In this document: positions 9,320 to 18,654 of the stretch, piece after piece
How positions within the stretch are numbered: position 1 is the first letter of the stretch
How the letters are laid out: every line of letters starts with the position of its first letter
DNA from: a virus
Strand: one strand, 5' to 3'
DNA: 64,000 nucleotides
UHGV virus genome: UHGV-0248979
Notes under the pieces: model-generated
The model's input: only the letters and a program-made list of their open reading frames with translations
Told to the model about the DNA's origin: nothing
Databases searched by the model: none
Translations under genes and position numbers: made by a program

Positions 9320-9748
9320 TTAGCTGTAATTGTGCTTAAAGAACTCTAAAGCACGCTGGTCGTTTGTAATCGCCGTTGTGGACATTCGTTTTAACGCCTG
9401 TCGGCAGTAAGCGTCGCTCAGAATACGTTGCTGCCAAGCGTTGACTATTTCCGTCACTGTTTCCCCTTCTACAGCAGTGTTAAGTTTATCGAGGCAGTGT
9501 CGCCCTAACAGAAACGCAACCGCATAATCTGTAAACATCTCGGTGCCGAAATCCCCGTCGGGATAATCGCAACGTTTACGTACTGACGTTGCGGTAATGG
9601 AGTTATAAGCGGTTTTTATTATCTCGTGGAACTGTTCCACCGTTAAGATGTTAACGTCAGTACCTGAAAGCGTAAGCGACGCCAGTACAGGAATACTGGC
9701 TGGGTACTGACGGATGTAATCACGCAAATCTGAATTGAGCGTTTTCAT
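9320..9748 (-). CDS. hypothetical protein, paralog of 8028..8459
   Basis: 142 aa; shared N-terminal pattern. Confidence 0.6.
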   Translation of the reverse strand: MKTLNSDLRDYIRQYPASIPVLASLTLSGTDVNILTVEQFHEIIKTAYNSITATSVRKRCDYPDGDFGTEMFTDYAVAFLLGRHCLDKLNTAVEGETVTEIVNAWQQRILSDAYCRQALKRMSTTAITNDQRALEFFKHNYS

Positions 9749-10496
9749 TCATGAACCCTTTTGTTTTTATCCAATATAAGCAATTTGCACCAACCTGAAC
9801 TGGCTCGATCCTATCAAGTTCTTCCATCAGAGCCAGATAAGTATGCCAAACAGTTTGACGTTCGAAGAAAAATGATGTTGTGCCATTAGACCTAAGACAT
9901 GCACGTACTAAGTGCTCGGTTTGTGAAAACTGAATATTAACGTTGTTCAGGACACGTTGAATAGTATCAGAATCGTAATGCGCGAATCGATCTTTGTGTA
10001 CCAGAACCATCTCTATAGGCGAGGAATCGTCATTGACTGAAAAAGGTTCGTCAATGCGAATAAGGTTATTCCGGTGAGGTACCCCATCGTAACCGAGCGT
10101 ATAGACATCCATACCTTCCCCCGGGTTACAGTCGAAATACTCCAGAATTTTATCAGCGTTTTTCTCCGCCGAACGTTTAAAGTAAACAATATAAACGGTA
10201 TGACTAATCTTCTCAACTTCGTATACTTTTTCGGAGAACGATCTGAAAATTGCCATGACGTTTAATCTTCCTTTGTCTTTAGCAACGTAACATGCAACTA
10301 AACACGTTGCTTCACCACGAAGAACATCGTCAATGAACTCTTTTGCTCGTTTTAATTCATCCTCGTTAAAACCACCGATAGTGAGCTCATTCCCATAAAT
10401 CTGATAAGCAAGATGTGGAGTAACGTTTTTCAGGAAACTCGTAATGATGTGCGTGTATGCCCAAAGACTACTATTCTTAAACTCGATAGTTTTCAT
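9720..10496 (-). CDS. hypothetical protein
   Basis: 258-aa ORF. Confidence 0.55.
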   Translation of the reverse strand: MKTIEFKNSSLWAYTHIITSFLKNVTPHLAYQIYGNELTIGGFNEDELKRAKEFIDDVLRGEATCLVACYVAKDKGRLNVMAIFRSFSEKVYEVEKISHTVYIVYFKRSAEKNADKILEYFDCNPGEGMDVYTLGYDGVPHRNNLIRIDEPFSVNDDSSPIEMVLVHKDRFAHYDSDTIQRVLNNVNIQFSQTEHLVRACLRSNGTTSFFFERQTVWHTYLALMEELDRIEPVQVGANCLYWIKTKGFMNENAQFRFA

Positions 10497-10540
10497 TTTA
10501 TTTTCCTTTTGGTTTTACAAGCTGAAGCGTTAATTTACGC

Positions 10541-11086
10541 TTAGAGGTGTTTTCCGATAACTTCCGAAACTAATTCGTAAAGGTCATCGTCACTGCACAC
10601 GTCTACGCTAATTCCGATATCGATACTACGACTGCGGAACCCTACTTTGAGCGTTTTACCGAATTCGGTTTGTAGGGCTTTATAGAGTCTATTCTTATCT
10701 TCTTTAAAGAGAGGAACAGGTAGTCTAACAGTGAACTTGTAATGTTCTTTCGAAACAAGTTCGTTAGAATAATTAAAACGTTTAGCCACACGAGTTCCGA
10801 TAATCTGTGTTATCAGCTTAAACATTTCTTCGTCGCTATACGGTGTTGCACCATAACCGATATCAATAGAATTTCTACGGAATCCTGCGCAGAATAATGC
10901 ACCGAATTGCTCACGGAATTCTTTGTGTAGAATATCTTTTTCTACGTCCCACAGCCCGTAACCCAAGTCAATCGTGAATTTGTATTTTTCTTTGTCGACT
11001 AATTCGTTAGTGTAATCAAGTCTAGTGAAGTTCATGGTATATTCTCCTAAAATGGTTTCGTTAAGTGAGAGTAACTGAACTCTCAC
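10541..11086 (-). CDS. hypothetical protein built from two tandem ~85-aa repeats
   Basis: Internal duplication (NELVDKEKYKFT...SIDIGYG vs NELVSKEHYKFT...SIDIGIS); likely true start is the ATG near 11035 (MNFTRLDY) with an AGGAG RBS. Confidence 0.6.
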   Translation of the reverse strand: MRVQLLSLNETILGEYTMNFTRLDYTNELVDKEKYKFTIDLGYGLWDVEKDILHKEFREQFGALFCAGFRRNSIDIGYGATPYSDEEMFKLITQIIGTRVAKRFNYSNELVSKEHYKFTVRLPVPLFKEDKNRLYKALQTEFGKTLKVGFRSRSIDIGISVDVCSDDDLYELVSEVIGKHL

Positions 11087-11106
11087 CTAGGTAATATATA
11101 TCTGAA
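11080..11106 (-). promoter_or_regulatory. conserved phage promoter element, copy 1
   Basis: Minus-strand TTCAGATATATATTACCTAGGTGAGAG followed by an 8-bp-stem hairpin, about 45-70 nt upstream of a start codon. Confidence 0.55.
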
Positions 11107-11116
11107 AATATTTTTA

Positions 11117-11419
11117 TTAAAAACCCGCAATAAAACTGCCTAGCGAGACACGCTGTAGGTATTTGGGCTTACGGGCCAGGTAACAGTTCTTAGGATTACC
11201 TATTGCCATCTGCGCAACTGCACGTTCTAAACGCGGTGCTTCTAAGATGGCGCGATAGTTCCCTTCGTAATGCATTAACCACGCACACTCTTCAACGAAA
11301 CGTTTTGCTTCTCGGTATTCTAACGTACGAATACGTTTCTTACCACGATACAAAACCACATCACCATTACTACGAAATACAACCGTTTCACGCTTCATTA
11401 ATGATCTCCCACATTTCAC
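11117..11419 (-). CDS. hypothetical protein
   Basis: 100-aa ORF in a co-oriented array. Confidence 0.45.
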   Translation of the reverse strand: MKCGRSLMKRETVVFRSNGDVVLYRGKKRIRTLEYREAKRFVEECAWLMHYEGNYRAILEAPRLERAVAQMAIGNPKNCYLARKPKYLQRVSLGSFIAGF

Positions 11420-11600
11420 GTTTCACTTCAAGTTTATATTTTTCTACTTCAGGGCGACAGTGAATCGTTGCCTTCTTGACCAACTCTAACCCACCGTCTT
11501 TCGTTAACACACCTTCACTAATCAGTTCGGTAATAGCACAAAGTTTAAAAACCATTATCGCCACCGTTTGCAATCCAGGTTGCAACACGAACGTGTGCAC
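11388..11600 (-). CDS. hypothetical small protein
   Basis: 70-aa ORF; overlaps neighbours, start uncertain. Confidence 0.4.
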   Translation of the reverse strand: MHTFVLQPGLQTVAIMVFKLCAITELISEGVLTKDGGLELVKKATIHCRPEVEKYKLEVKREMWEIINEA

Positions 11601-11856
11601 TGTGGAAGTTAGAGACTAAAAGTATTACGCCGCCTAACGTACGTGGAACGCGTAAAGCTTCGAAACGTCGGCAGTAAGAGCGTACACAATACTCGGAACC
11701 TAAGATAACGATTTCGCAGTATTCTGAACGAATAGGCAGTAGTTGAGAAACGAGTTTATCGCACGTTTCTTTGTTGTCTTCTAATAACCCGCCACTGAGA
11801 ATATAATTGACAATGTTCTCAGGTGCCGATGTGTTCGCGATTTTATTTTCCATCAT
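11545..11856 (-). CDS. hypothetical protein
   Basis: 103-aa ORF. Confidence 0.45.
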   Translation of the reverse strand: MMENKIANTSAPENIVNYILSGGLLEDNKETCDKLVSQLLPIRSEYCEIVILGSEYCVRSYCRRFEALRVPRTLGGVILLVSNFHSAHVRVATWIANGGDNGF

Positions 11857-12254
11857 TAAACTCCTATTGTGATCTCCGTAATGTGCATTCTTCGCATCTC
11901 ACGGGTCATTCTGTCCATTGCTCGTTGACACTCGAATAAATTGTCGTAGTATTTCTGGGCGGTAACATTGAATAAAACTCGACCATCTTTCAATTGTTTA
12001 GCAGCGACTCTTATAGTTTCCGATTCAAACAACCGACCGCCACCCCTACCAACCTTAACCATAACGTCACGAATAGTAACGTTTATAAGTTCACCGTTAG
12101 GGGAAGTCACAACCTCCGTATACCAGTCGCCTTCTTTAACGACATATTGTACCCTTTTACCGCACAGCCAGTTTTTAACTTTCTCGTTAACAAACAGTTG
12201 GGCTTTTAATGACAAACGCCTTTTTAAGTAAAATAAACGTATCATGTAAATCAC
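11856..12254 (-). CDS. hypothetical protein
   Basis: 132-aa ORF. Confidence 0.5.
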   Translation of the reverse strand: MIYMIRLFYLKRRLSLKAQLFVNEKVKNWLCGKRVQYVVKEGDWYTEVVTSPNGELINVTIRDVMVKVGRGGGRLFESETIRVAAKQLKDGRVLFNVTAQKYYDNLFECQRAMDRMTREMRRMHITEITIGV

Positions 12255-12288
12255 CTTATCTCCCTCGGTGTTCCCGAGGGAGAGCTAA

Positions 12289-12570
12289 TCACAGTTTCTC
12301 TTCTATTGTATCTAATCGAACTAACGCATCGTGACTGACTTTCCGTGCGTGTCCGATTGTTCCACCGAGGGCTTTTGTTGTTGGGTCTAAGGTATTCAGA
12401 CGGTGATACTGATAATCGATATCACGTATACAACGCGCCTGTTGTTTTACCACCCGAATTAATTGTCGTTTGGTTTGACGATTGTTACTAAGCTCCTGCC
12501 GTAATCGCGTGTTTTCTTTATAAAGCTCCTGTTGACGTGAGTTAATTAAACCCAACAACCAATCTAACAT
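12289..12570 (-). CDS. hypothetical protein
   Basis: 93-aa ORF. Confidence 0.5.
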   Translation of the reverse strand: MLDWLLGLINSRQQELYKENTRLRQELSNNRQTKRQLIRVVKQQARCIRDIDYQYHRLNTLDPTTKALGGTIGHARKVSHDALVRLDTIEEKL

Positions 12571-12572
12571 TT

Positions 12573-13088
12573 TTACCCCCGGTGCAAGAAAATACGGTTA
12601 GTGTTTTCGAATTTCGGTTCTGTCCACTCCAGTTCCCAGTAAGCCTGGTTAATATCGCGAGACGTGAGTTTCAAATTCGAAACGCCAGGGATTTCGATCT
12701 GCTGCAGTAAATTAATAATCGTCACCAGCTCTTTACGAGGACGGTTCCAGATAACTTCAAGATATTCTTTCAGACGCTCTGGATAAGCGACAGGTCGAAT
12801 ATAAACTAGTCCAGCGGGATACTCAATTGCTGAGGGTGTTCTAGGCACTAACCAAACCCAGTCTTTTAATAGCGGTCCTGAGTGGTAGTTAGAGAGTTGA
12901 GTAAGCGCGTTTGCGACCGAACAACAACGGAAGTAAGTGATGTCCCAATCGTGTTCATGACAATTTCGCGCAACGATAACTTTTAAACGGTCAATAGGTT
13001 TACCGTCGATAGTCGTAACACCAGGTTGATTCGCCAGAATCTGACGTTCACGTTTAGTATAAAGATTCATGTTAATATTTACTGACAT
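12573..13088 (-). CDS. hypothetical protein
   Basis: 171-aa ORF; RBS CCTAAAGGAG. Confidence 0.55.
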   Translation of the reverse strand: MSVNINMNLYTKRERQILANQPGVTTIDGKPIDRLKVIVARNCHEHDWDITYFRCCSVANALTQLSNYHSGPLLKDWVWLVPRTPSAIEYPAGLVYIRPVAYPERLKEYLEVIWNRPRKELVTIINLLQQIEIPGVSNLKLTSRDINQAYWELEWTEPKFENTNRIFLHRG

Positions 13089-13130
13089 TTAATGCTCCTT
13101 TAGGTAAATGGTGGTGTGATTAAGCCTTCG

Positions 13131-13973
13131 TTATTTGAGATTTCGAATTTCTCTCATCTCGTTACAAAACTTATCAAACAACTGGGCGTATTTGTCAATG
13201 TGATTTTCGAACTCCCCAAAAAGGTGGCGTGAAAGGCGTTCGCTGACTTCTTTCTCGTATTTCTCGAGAACGTGTTTAAAAGATTCACTGTCTCTCTTAA
13301 TTTTCTTCGCATGGGTTTCCAAAGTTTTAAGAAGTCGTGGTTCGTTTTTGATCAGGAGATGCAAGTCACCTTTAAGATATCTGCTTTGATAAATCATTAT
13401 TTCGGCGAGCTTGTATTCACCTTTCACAACACTGATAAGCTCATCAGCACCGGCTTCTGTAATGTTTTCAACGGTAAATAGCAGAATATTTTCGCCCTCT
13501 ATATCTTTCAATAGTTGATTTATAGGAGATCGATAAGCAGTATATTCATAGCTCACTTTAAGCATGTTGTCTTCAATCACATACGTGAATTTATCGCTGA
13601 AAAAATGGTATAGTATTGGTCCAATTTTATCTGCTTGTTTGGGGGTAAGTGGGAACTCCTTTGTGTAGTAAGCGTTGCCTTTCGTAGTTGGCTTGTCCTT
13701 TAGCCCACAAGTCATTTGATCGTGTAATTCTGGATCTTTAGACACCTCAACAGATCGTACTAAAATATCCGTAATCGCACTAATGAGTTTGTTAGGAAAA
13801 TCGACATCACCTTCTACCCAGAAAATGTTAAACGATTCCGATTTAACTTTATAGTAAAAGGTGTACGTTTTTTGTAACTCAGCGATTTCCTTAATTTGTT
13901 CTTCAGTGGGGATAGGGGAGATCTTAAACCTGCTGATGACTTTTTCTTCTTCGGTGAGTTCGAACCGTAACAT
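13131..13973 (-). CDS. hypothetical protein
   Basis: 280-aa ORF. Confidence 0.55.
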   Translation of the reverse strand: MLRFELTEEEKVISRFKISPIPTEEQIKEIAELQKTYTFYYKVKSESFNIFWVEGDVDFPNKLISAITDILVRSVEVSKDPELHDQMTCGLKDKPTTKGNAYYTKEFPLTPKQADKIGPILYHFFSDKFTYVIEDNMLKVSYEYTAYRSPINQLLKDIEGENILLFTVENITEAGADELISVVKGEYKLAEIMIYQSRYLKGDLHLLIKNEPRLLKTLETHAKKIKRDSESFKHVLEKYEKEVSERLSRHLFGEFENHIDKYAQLFDKFCNEMREIRNLK

Positions 13974-13984
13974 GTTATAGTTCC

Positions 13985-14428
13985 TTAAATCATGCCTGGG
14001 AATTCGAAATCGATTTTATCTAAAAGTTTGTAGTCGTCTTTTAGTTGAAGCATTAGTGTATTCTTAAACAGTTCAAGTGAACCGATAAAGTAAGCCGTAT
14101 AGCAGCTACCACGAACAGAAGAGGAAAGACCCAAGTCTCTTAAACACTGTTTCAAGATTTCATGTTCTTCAGCGGTACCGAAAAGTTGGAAATTGATAAC
14201 GGTAATCTGTTTATTAATGATTGCCGATAACCATTCTTTAATTCTTCTCGTGGTTATACGTTCTTTGAAATCACTAGCTTCTGGCAACCAGGTAATGTGA
14301 ACAAACGGTGCATCGTAATCCACGAGAACTTTCTGCTGCCAACGTACTTGCATCAAACCACGAATACGGTTTGCTAACGTTTCAGAATCACAAAGCAACA
14401 TAATGCCATTAGTAGTATTTGGTTTCAT
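13985..14428 (-). CDS. hypothetical protein
   Basis: 147-aa ORF. Confidence 0.55.
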   Translation of the reverse strand: MKPNTTNGIMLLCDSETLANRIRGLMQVRWQQKVLVDYDAPFVHITWLPEASDFKERITTRRIKEWLSAIINKQITVINFQLFGTAEEHEILKQCLRDLGLSSSVRGSCYTAYFIGSLELFKNTLMLQLKDDYKLLDKIDFEFPGMI

Positions 14429-15276
14429 AATTGCCCTTCCTTCTTAATGTAATCTTCAACCAACTTATCAAACACGATTTTTATCTTCTCGCGTTCTTCT
14501 TCACCCAATTCACCAGAACAGGTCAGCCCATTTATCTTCCCGTACCGTAATTCCAACACATATTTCAACCGATGACGTAAGGCTTGATCAAAATGCGTTG
14601 GAATATAAATTGGTTCGAAGTTGTGCAATAAAATAAAATCGTCTTCGGTGTGTTTAGGGGGTTCGAATTTTACTCTATCTAAGATAGTAAGCCAGCGTTG
14701 TCTGTCGACTAGCCGATCGTCCCAATAAACAGGTTTTGTTTTAGAGGGGGTAAGTGTATTGTAGTTACTGGAATCGGAGATACGGAAATTTGCTGTGACG
14801 TAAGTCTTCGTGAGTAACGAGAGAAGACAGATCGTTCCTTCTTCAGAGTAGCTTAAACCCTCCTCGAGTACGTCTTTAGCTTTCTTGAAGTAGTCTTCAA
14901 TATAGTCTTCAGCAATTGGTTGAATCTCTACTTCTATAGCGCTAATTTGGGGCCCGTCTATCCGCAATGGAAATTTTAGCTCAGCGATATATTGCCTATC
15001 CGATGTATAGGCGCGTGTAACAATAGGGTAAGTAACAGGCTTAGCCAAATGACGATATTCATCATCTCTAATGACTGAGTAACGTCCAAACCTACCTTTA
15101 TTCGATTTTGAAAAAGCGTAAAGGTCTTTTAGATACTCTAGATACTGGCCATCTGTCATTTCATCGGTATTAAATTCACGAATATAAAGTCGTTCAACAA
15201 ATCCCTTTGTTTGTTCGTAGTAATAACTGGGGTCCCTATTTGCTAGAATGCGCGGGAGATAATACGGGTGTGACAT
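14425..15276 (-). CDS. hypothetical protein, first gene downstream of promoter copy 2
   Basis: 283-aa ORF; RBS AAGGAGG upstream of the ATG. Confidence 0.6.
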   Translation of the reverse strand: MSHPYYLPRILANRDPSYYYEQTKGFVERLYIREFNTDEMTDGQYLEYLKDLYAFSKSNKGRFGRYSVIRDDEYRHLAKPVTYPIVTRAYTSDRQYIAELKFPLRIDGPQISAIEVEIQPIAEDYIEDYFKKAKDVLEEGLSYSEEGTICLLSLLTKTYVTANFRISDSSNYNTLTPSKTKPVYWDDRLVDRQRWLTILDRVKFEPPKHTEDDFILLHNFEPIYIPTHFDQALRHRLKYVLELRYGKINGLTCSGELGEEEREKIKIVFDKLVEDYIKKEGQL

Positions 15277-15323
15277 CTAATCCTCCTTTTCGGCTATAAC
15301 TAATGGAGTGAACGTAAATTTCA

Positions 15324-15350
15324 CTCTCTCCTAGGTAATATATATCTGAG
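15324..15350 (-). promoter_or_regulatory. conserved phage promoter element, copy 2
   Basis: Minus-strand CTCAGATATATATTACCTAGGAGAGAG plus a downstream hairpin. Confidence 0.55.
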
Positions 15351-15356
15351 AAAAAA

Positions 15357-15392
15357 TATAAAAACCGTAGGATGGACTTAGTCCATCCTACG
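15357..15392 (-). terminator. rho-independent terminator after the tailspike gene
   Basis: Hairpin ccgtaggatggac-ta-gtccatcctacgg followed by a T-run. Confidence 0.7.
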
Positions 15393-15399
15393 GTTTAAA

Positions 15400-17520
15400 T
15401 TAAATAACTACCCAGCTTTTACCATCGGAACCAATCTGCATTAGCGTAATACTTTCACTGGTATCAATGGGTTTGGCAAGACCTTCTGTCCCACTCTTTG
15501 GAGTGATGAGAACGTTTGAATTTTCCGGTTTAACGGTGATCTTACCAGCCTTATTTGCCACGATCTGAATATTTCTGCCCACGCTATATTCTAGATCAGG
15601 AATAGTAAGTTGGCCGCCACGGTTGGTGGGTGGGAAATACACATAAGACGACACATCTTCCTCAGATAACACTATGCTACCAGAATCACGATTGACCGAG
15701 ATCTCAAACTTAGAAATATCGATATCATAGGCAGTAACTTTCGTAATATCCGTCAGAACCAATTCGTTCAAATCGGTCTTAGCTGGACTGTTCGCCAGAT
15801 CAAATGGAGTACCATTCGTACCGTCCAGCACAGGTGTGACTGTGGTTTTATTGGCACCAGGATAAATGATTTCAAGCGTATGCCAGTTATTATCGTACGC
15901 ACCAAAAGTTCCTAATTTCGCATTTTGCTTTTTATGATGCATCAGATTAAGATTCGTAGCGTCGGTCTGTAAGAAAAAAGACATTAGGTACGGGTTCGTC
16001 TCAGCCACACCAGCGTCAGCAAATGTAGTACCAGAAGGTAGGTCGGACGCGGAAATACGCCAATAAAGTCCTAATCCGAAACGATCTGCTGCTAAATCAC
16101 CTTTTAGTCTAAAAGTAACGGTCAGACGTCCACCGTAACGTATCATGTCCGCAGCAGATGTCATTGACTTAGTTACATTCCAAGGTTTCATCTTTACAGC
16201 CTTTCTTAATTCGACGAAATGCCCGTTTCCATCCTCAGAATCTTGCACGGTTACGTTACAATCAACGATATTGTTCCAACCTTGCCCTTTCAGGGAACCA
16301 TCCCCACGACGTCCGTTATAACCCACAGACTCTACTAATGGGGTATAGCTTCTTACCACATTCTTATTGTCTTTGGAGCTCTTAGTGTCGTTCTTCGTCA
16401 GGAACATTGCACCAATCGCTGTTCTTGATAATATCTCGGCAGCTATTCTCTCTGAGATAATACCGCGTCGTGCCCAAGAACTGAAATGGCTATTCCTTGT
16501 TTCAGACGTCCAGTTTTTAACAGTACGGGAGGCAGCACCGTAATAGGCCGCACCAGTGATATCAGGATCGTCAGTGGGATCATTAGTCGGTACACGTTGG
16601 CCATTATCGTCGTACATGAATGGAACAAAAAAGATATTTTTTTGTTCATTGTTACGATAATTACCGTATACGGTTTCATATTGGGCAGGATATTTTTCCT
16701 TCCAATAATAGGTAGTGTCCCCGCAGATCCATGGTACTTCGGCGGTGTCGTACTCGGGCATCTGAGAGAGATGGTCAGAGAGATCAGTTCGGAAACGCTC
16801 TACCATTGCGTTAAATAACGCTGGTTGTTGTGCGTATTGTACTTTAGTCAGATCATACTCTCCCTGCATCCACACTACAGCCAAGAGTTTATTTTTAGGA
16901 TTAACTTCTAGAGCTTTTTTGGTCCGGCTAACTAAATCTTTATAAAGCGGTTTCTCCACCCCCCATAGCATTGACGACTCAGTGGCTCCTGTGGCTTCAT
17001 CGAAGGTACCTTCTGCACCACCCGTGAAAGCAGAACCGCCGCGTGCGCAGGGTACTAGTAAGATACCGGCGTTCTTAGGAATATACGGGAGAAGACGCTT
17101 CGCGATATGTAGACCTTGACCCACACATCCGTATTCACCTTTGCTCAAATTGGCATTGGGATGCGAGTATTTGGACATATCTTGCACGTCGTGCAGACAG
17201 TGATCCGCTGGAATGACGTCGTTATATTTACAATCAGCCCCATTAGGCGTTACCTTCGCACGGCGCGCCATCTGTTTAATTCGCGGATCGGGAGCGTCCA
17301 ACGTCGCCGGTAGAGGCAACCCTTCACCATAACTCATCGCATTAGATTGCCCGGCTATAGGAATCACGAAGTAATACTCCGGCTCCGTCGTGCCCTGAAG
17401 TTTTGCAATATCAATTTTATATTCTTTTTCTTCCTTAGAAAGAAGAACTAACGCACCTTTGAGATCGCCAGAGAAATTGTCGAGTTCATGGATACGTTTC
17501 TTTCCAATTGGCTGACTCAT
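15400..17520 (-). CDS. tailspike/tail fibre protein with SASA/SGNH-type carbohydrate esterase domain
   Basis: 706 aa; N-terminal segment homologous to the 1479-aa fibre N-terminus; GQSNAMSY motif typical of sialate O-acetylesterase-like SGNH hydrolases. Confidence 0.65.
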   Translation of the reverse strand: MSQPIGKKRIHELDNFSGDLKGALVLLSKEEKEYKIDIAKLQGTTEPEYYFVIPIAGQSNAMSYGEGLPLPATLDAPDPRIKQMARRAKVTPNGADCKYNDVIPADHCLHDVQDMSKYSHPNANLSKGEYGCVGQGLHIAKRLLPYIPKNAGILLVPCARGGSAFTGGAEGTFDEATGATESSMLWGVEKPLYKDLVSRTKKALEVNPKNKLLAVVWMQGEYDLTKVQYAQQPALFNAMVERFRTDLSDHLSQMPEYDTAEVPWICGDTTYYWKEKYPAQYETVYGNYRNNEQKNIFFVPFMYDDNGQRVPTNDPTDDPDITGAAYYGAASRTVKNWTSETRNSHFSSWARRGIISERIAAEILSRTAIGAMFLTKNDTKSSKDNKNVVRSYTPLVESVGYNGRRGDGSLKGQGWNNIVDCNVTVQDSEDGNGHFVELRKAVKMKPWNVTKSMTSAADMIRYGGRLTVTFRLKGDLAADRFGLGLYWRISASDLPSGTTFADAGVAETNPYLMSFFLQTDATNLNLMHHKKQNAKLGTFGAYDNNWHTLEIIYPGANKTTVTPVLDGTNGTPFDLANSPAKTDLNELVLTDITKVTAYDIDISKFEISVNRDSGSIVLSEEDVSSYVYFPPTNRGGQLTIPDLEYSVGRNIQIVANKAGKITVKPENSNVLITPKSGTEGLAKPIDTSESITLMQIGSDGKSWVVI

Positions 17521-17523
17521 CTA

Positions 17524-18036
17524 CTACTCTCCAAAAGTTAAGATTTTATTGTCAAACGTCAACACGACAGAATCATCACCGATGCCACACGGTGTTTCAT
17601 CTGGGCCGAAAACCACCACGGAGAACTGTCCTTTATAAGCGATGGAATTCGGAGCGATGCTAAGCGTTACCGCGTCTTTACCTACCGTGAACGACTGGTC
17701 GGTTAAATCGTCGGTTTGTAAGTTAGCACCACAAACGGCATTGACGGATTCGATAAGATCGTGTGCATTAAACCCTTCACCTCTTACTTTTACCAGAATA
17801 GGTTGTTGGTTTAACCACCGCTCTGCGGTTAAACGGTTGTAGTAGATTTGCAACGTTCTGTTTCCAGGACGTTTAATCTTTACAATGGCAGTGGAGTCAC
17901 GATCCATTTCATCACTGGTTTTTACGTCACTGACTTCAACCTCGTTCTCTTGCAAGTCAAGTTGGAGGTCATGGTTAACCAGTGAAATAACCATGTTAAG
18001 TGAAGTTAGTGATAAATCTGGTGTGAATTTTTCCAC
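17524..18036 (-). CDS. paralog family member P5, translationally coupled to the tailspike gene
   Basis: 170 aa; GTG start preceded by an AGGAGG RBS; stop 3 nt before the tailspike ATG. Confidence 0.6.
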   Translation of the reverse strand: MEKFTPDLSLTSLNMVISLVNHDLQLDLQENEVEVSDVKTSDEMDRDSTAIVKIKRPGNRTLQIYYNRLTAERWLNQQPILVKVRGEGFNAHDLIESVNAVCGANLQTDDLTDQSFTVGKDAVTLSIAPNSIAYKGQFSVVVFGPDETPCGIGDDSVVLTFDNKILTFGE

Positions 18037-18090
18037 GTATGTTTACCTCCTACGGTTGGGGGTCATAAAATATTGACTAAAAAACATTCA

Positions 18091-18100
18091 CCCCCCCCCC
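18091..18100 (-). repeat. homopolymeric G10 tract (C10 on the plus strand), 5' of P5
   Basis: Ten consecutive C read directly at 18091-18100. Confidence 0.9.
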
Positions 18101-18103
18101 ACG

Positions 18104-18131
18104 ATTATTTTCAACCGCTTTCAGTTGAAAA
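18104..18131 (-). terminator. hairpin at the 3' end of the adhesin-like gene
   Basis: 12-bp perfect stem attattttcaac/gttgaaaataat with loop cgctttca. Confidence 0.5.
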
Positions 18132-18134
18132 TAA

Positions 18135-18642
18135 TTAGCTAATTCTCAAATCACGCAGTGCGCCTGTCGATTTCATCACGTTTTGGAACGCAGCGCTGAT
18201 GTTATTAGTCCAGTAATAATGCTGTCCGTTAATAACCTGCTGATAGGCCAGCGCGCAGGTGTTACCACCTAAATTTACGGTAATGTTAGAGGCTCTGCCT
18301 CCTTGTAAGTAAACCGCTAAAGTAGGCTTTGCGTTGGCAACTATCGTCGTTAACTGTAACTCAATACCTACTAAAGTTCCCACCCCGCAGTTACCCGCGT
18401 TTTGAATGGTTCCCTGATTTTTCTGGTTTAACGGCCAGCTTGGTCCTACTGCGCCCCATTTCTTACCTAAAGAATCGCTATATGCAGCGGTTGCAATTTT
18501 ACAGCCCATAGATCGTCCCACCATTTGACTCATCATAAAAGGTCTACCCAATCCTAATTTACTACCAGCAGCGCTCATCCATTGTTCGCCCGTTTCGTTC
18601 TTGGCCGAAGAACCGACCCACGAACCGGTTACCCCCCCCCAT
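18135..18642 (-). CDS. adhesin-like tail fibre-associated protein, paralog B; 5' end put out of frame by a G9 tract
   Basis: ORF track gives 18135..18578. The same frame is open upstream (…GSWVGSSAKNETGEQW) and matches paralog A's N-terminus; an ATG with AGGAG RBS at 18642-18640 is +1 out of frame across the G9 run. Confidence 0.6.
18632..18640 (-). repeat. homopolymeric G9 tract overlapping the start codon of adhesin-like paralog B
   Basis: Nine consecutive C at 18632-18640; the minus strand reads AT-GGGGGGGGG-TAACC. Confidence 0.9.
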
Positions 18643-18654
18643 CGCGATCTCCTG

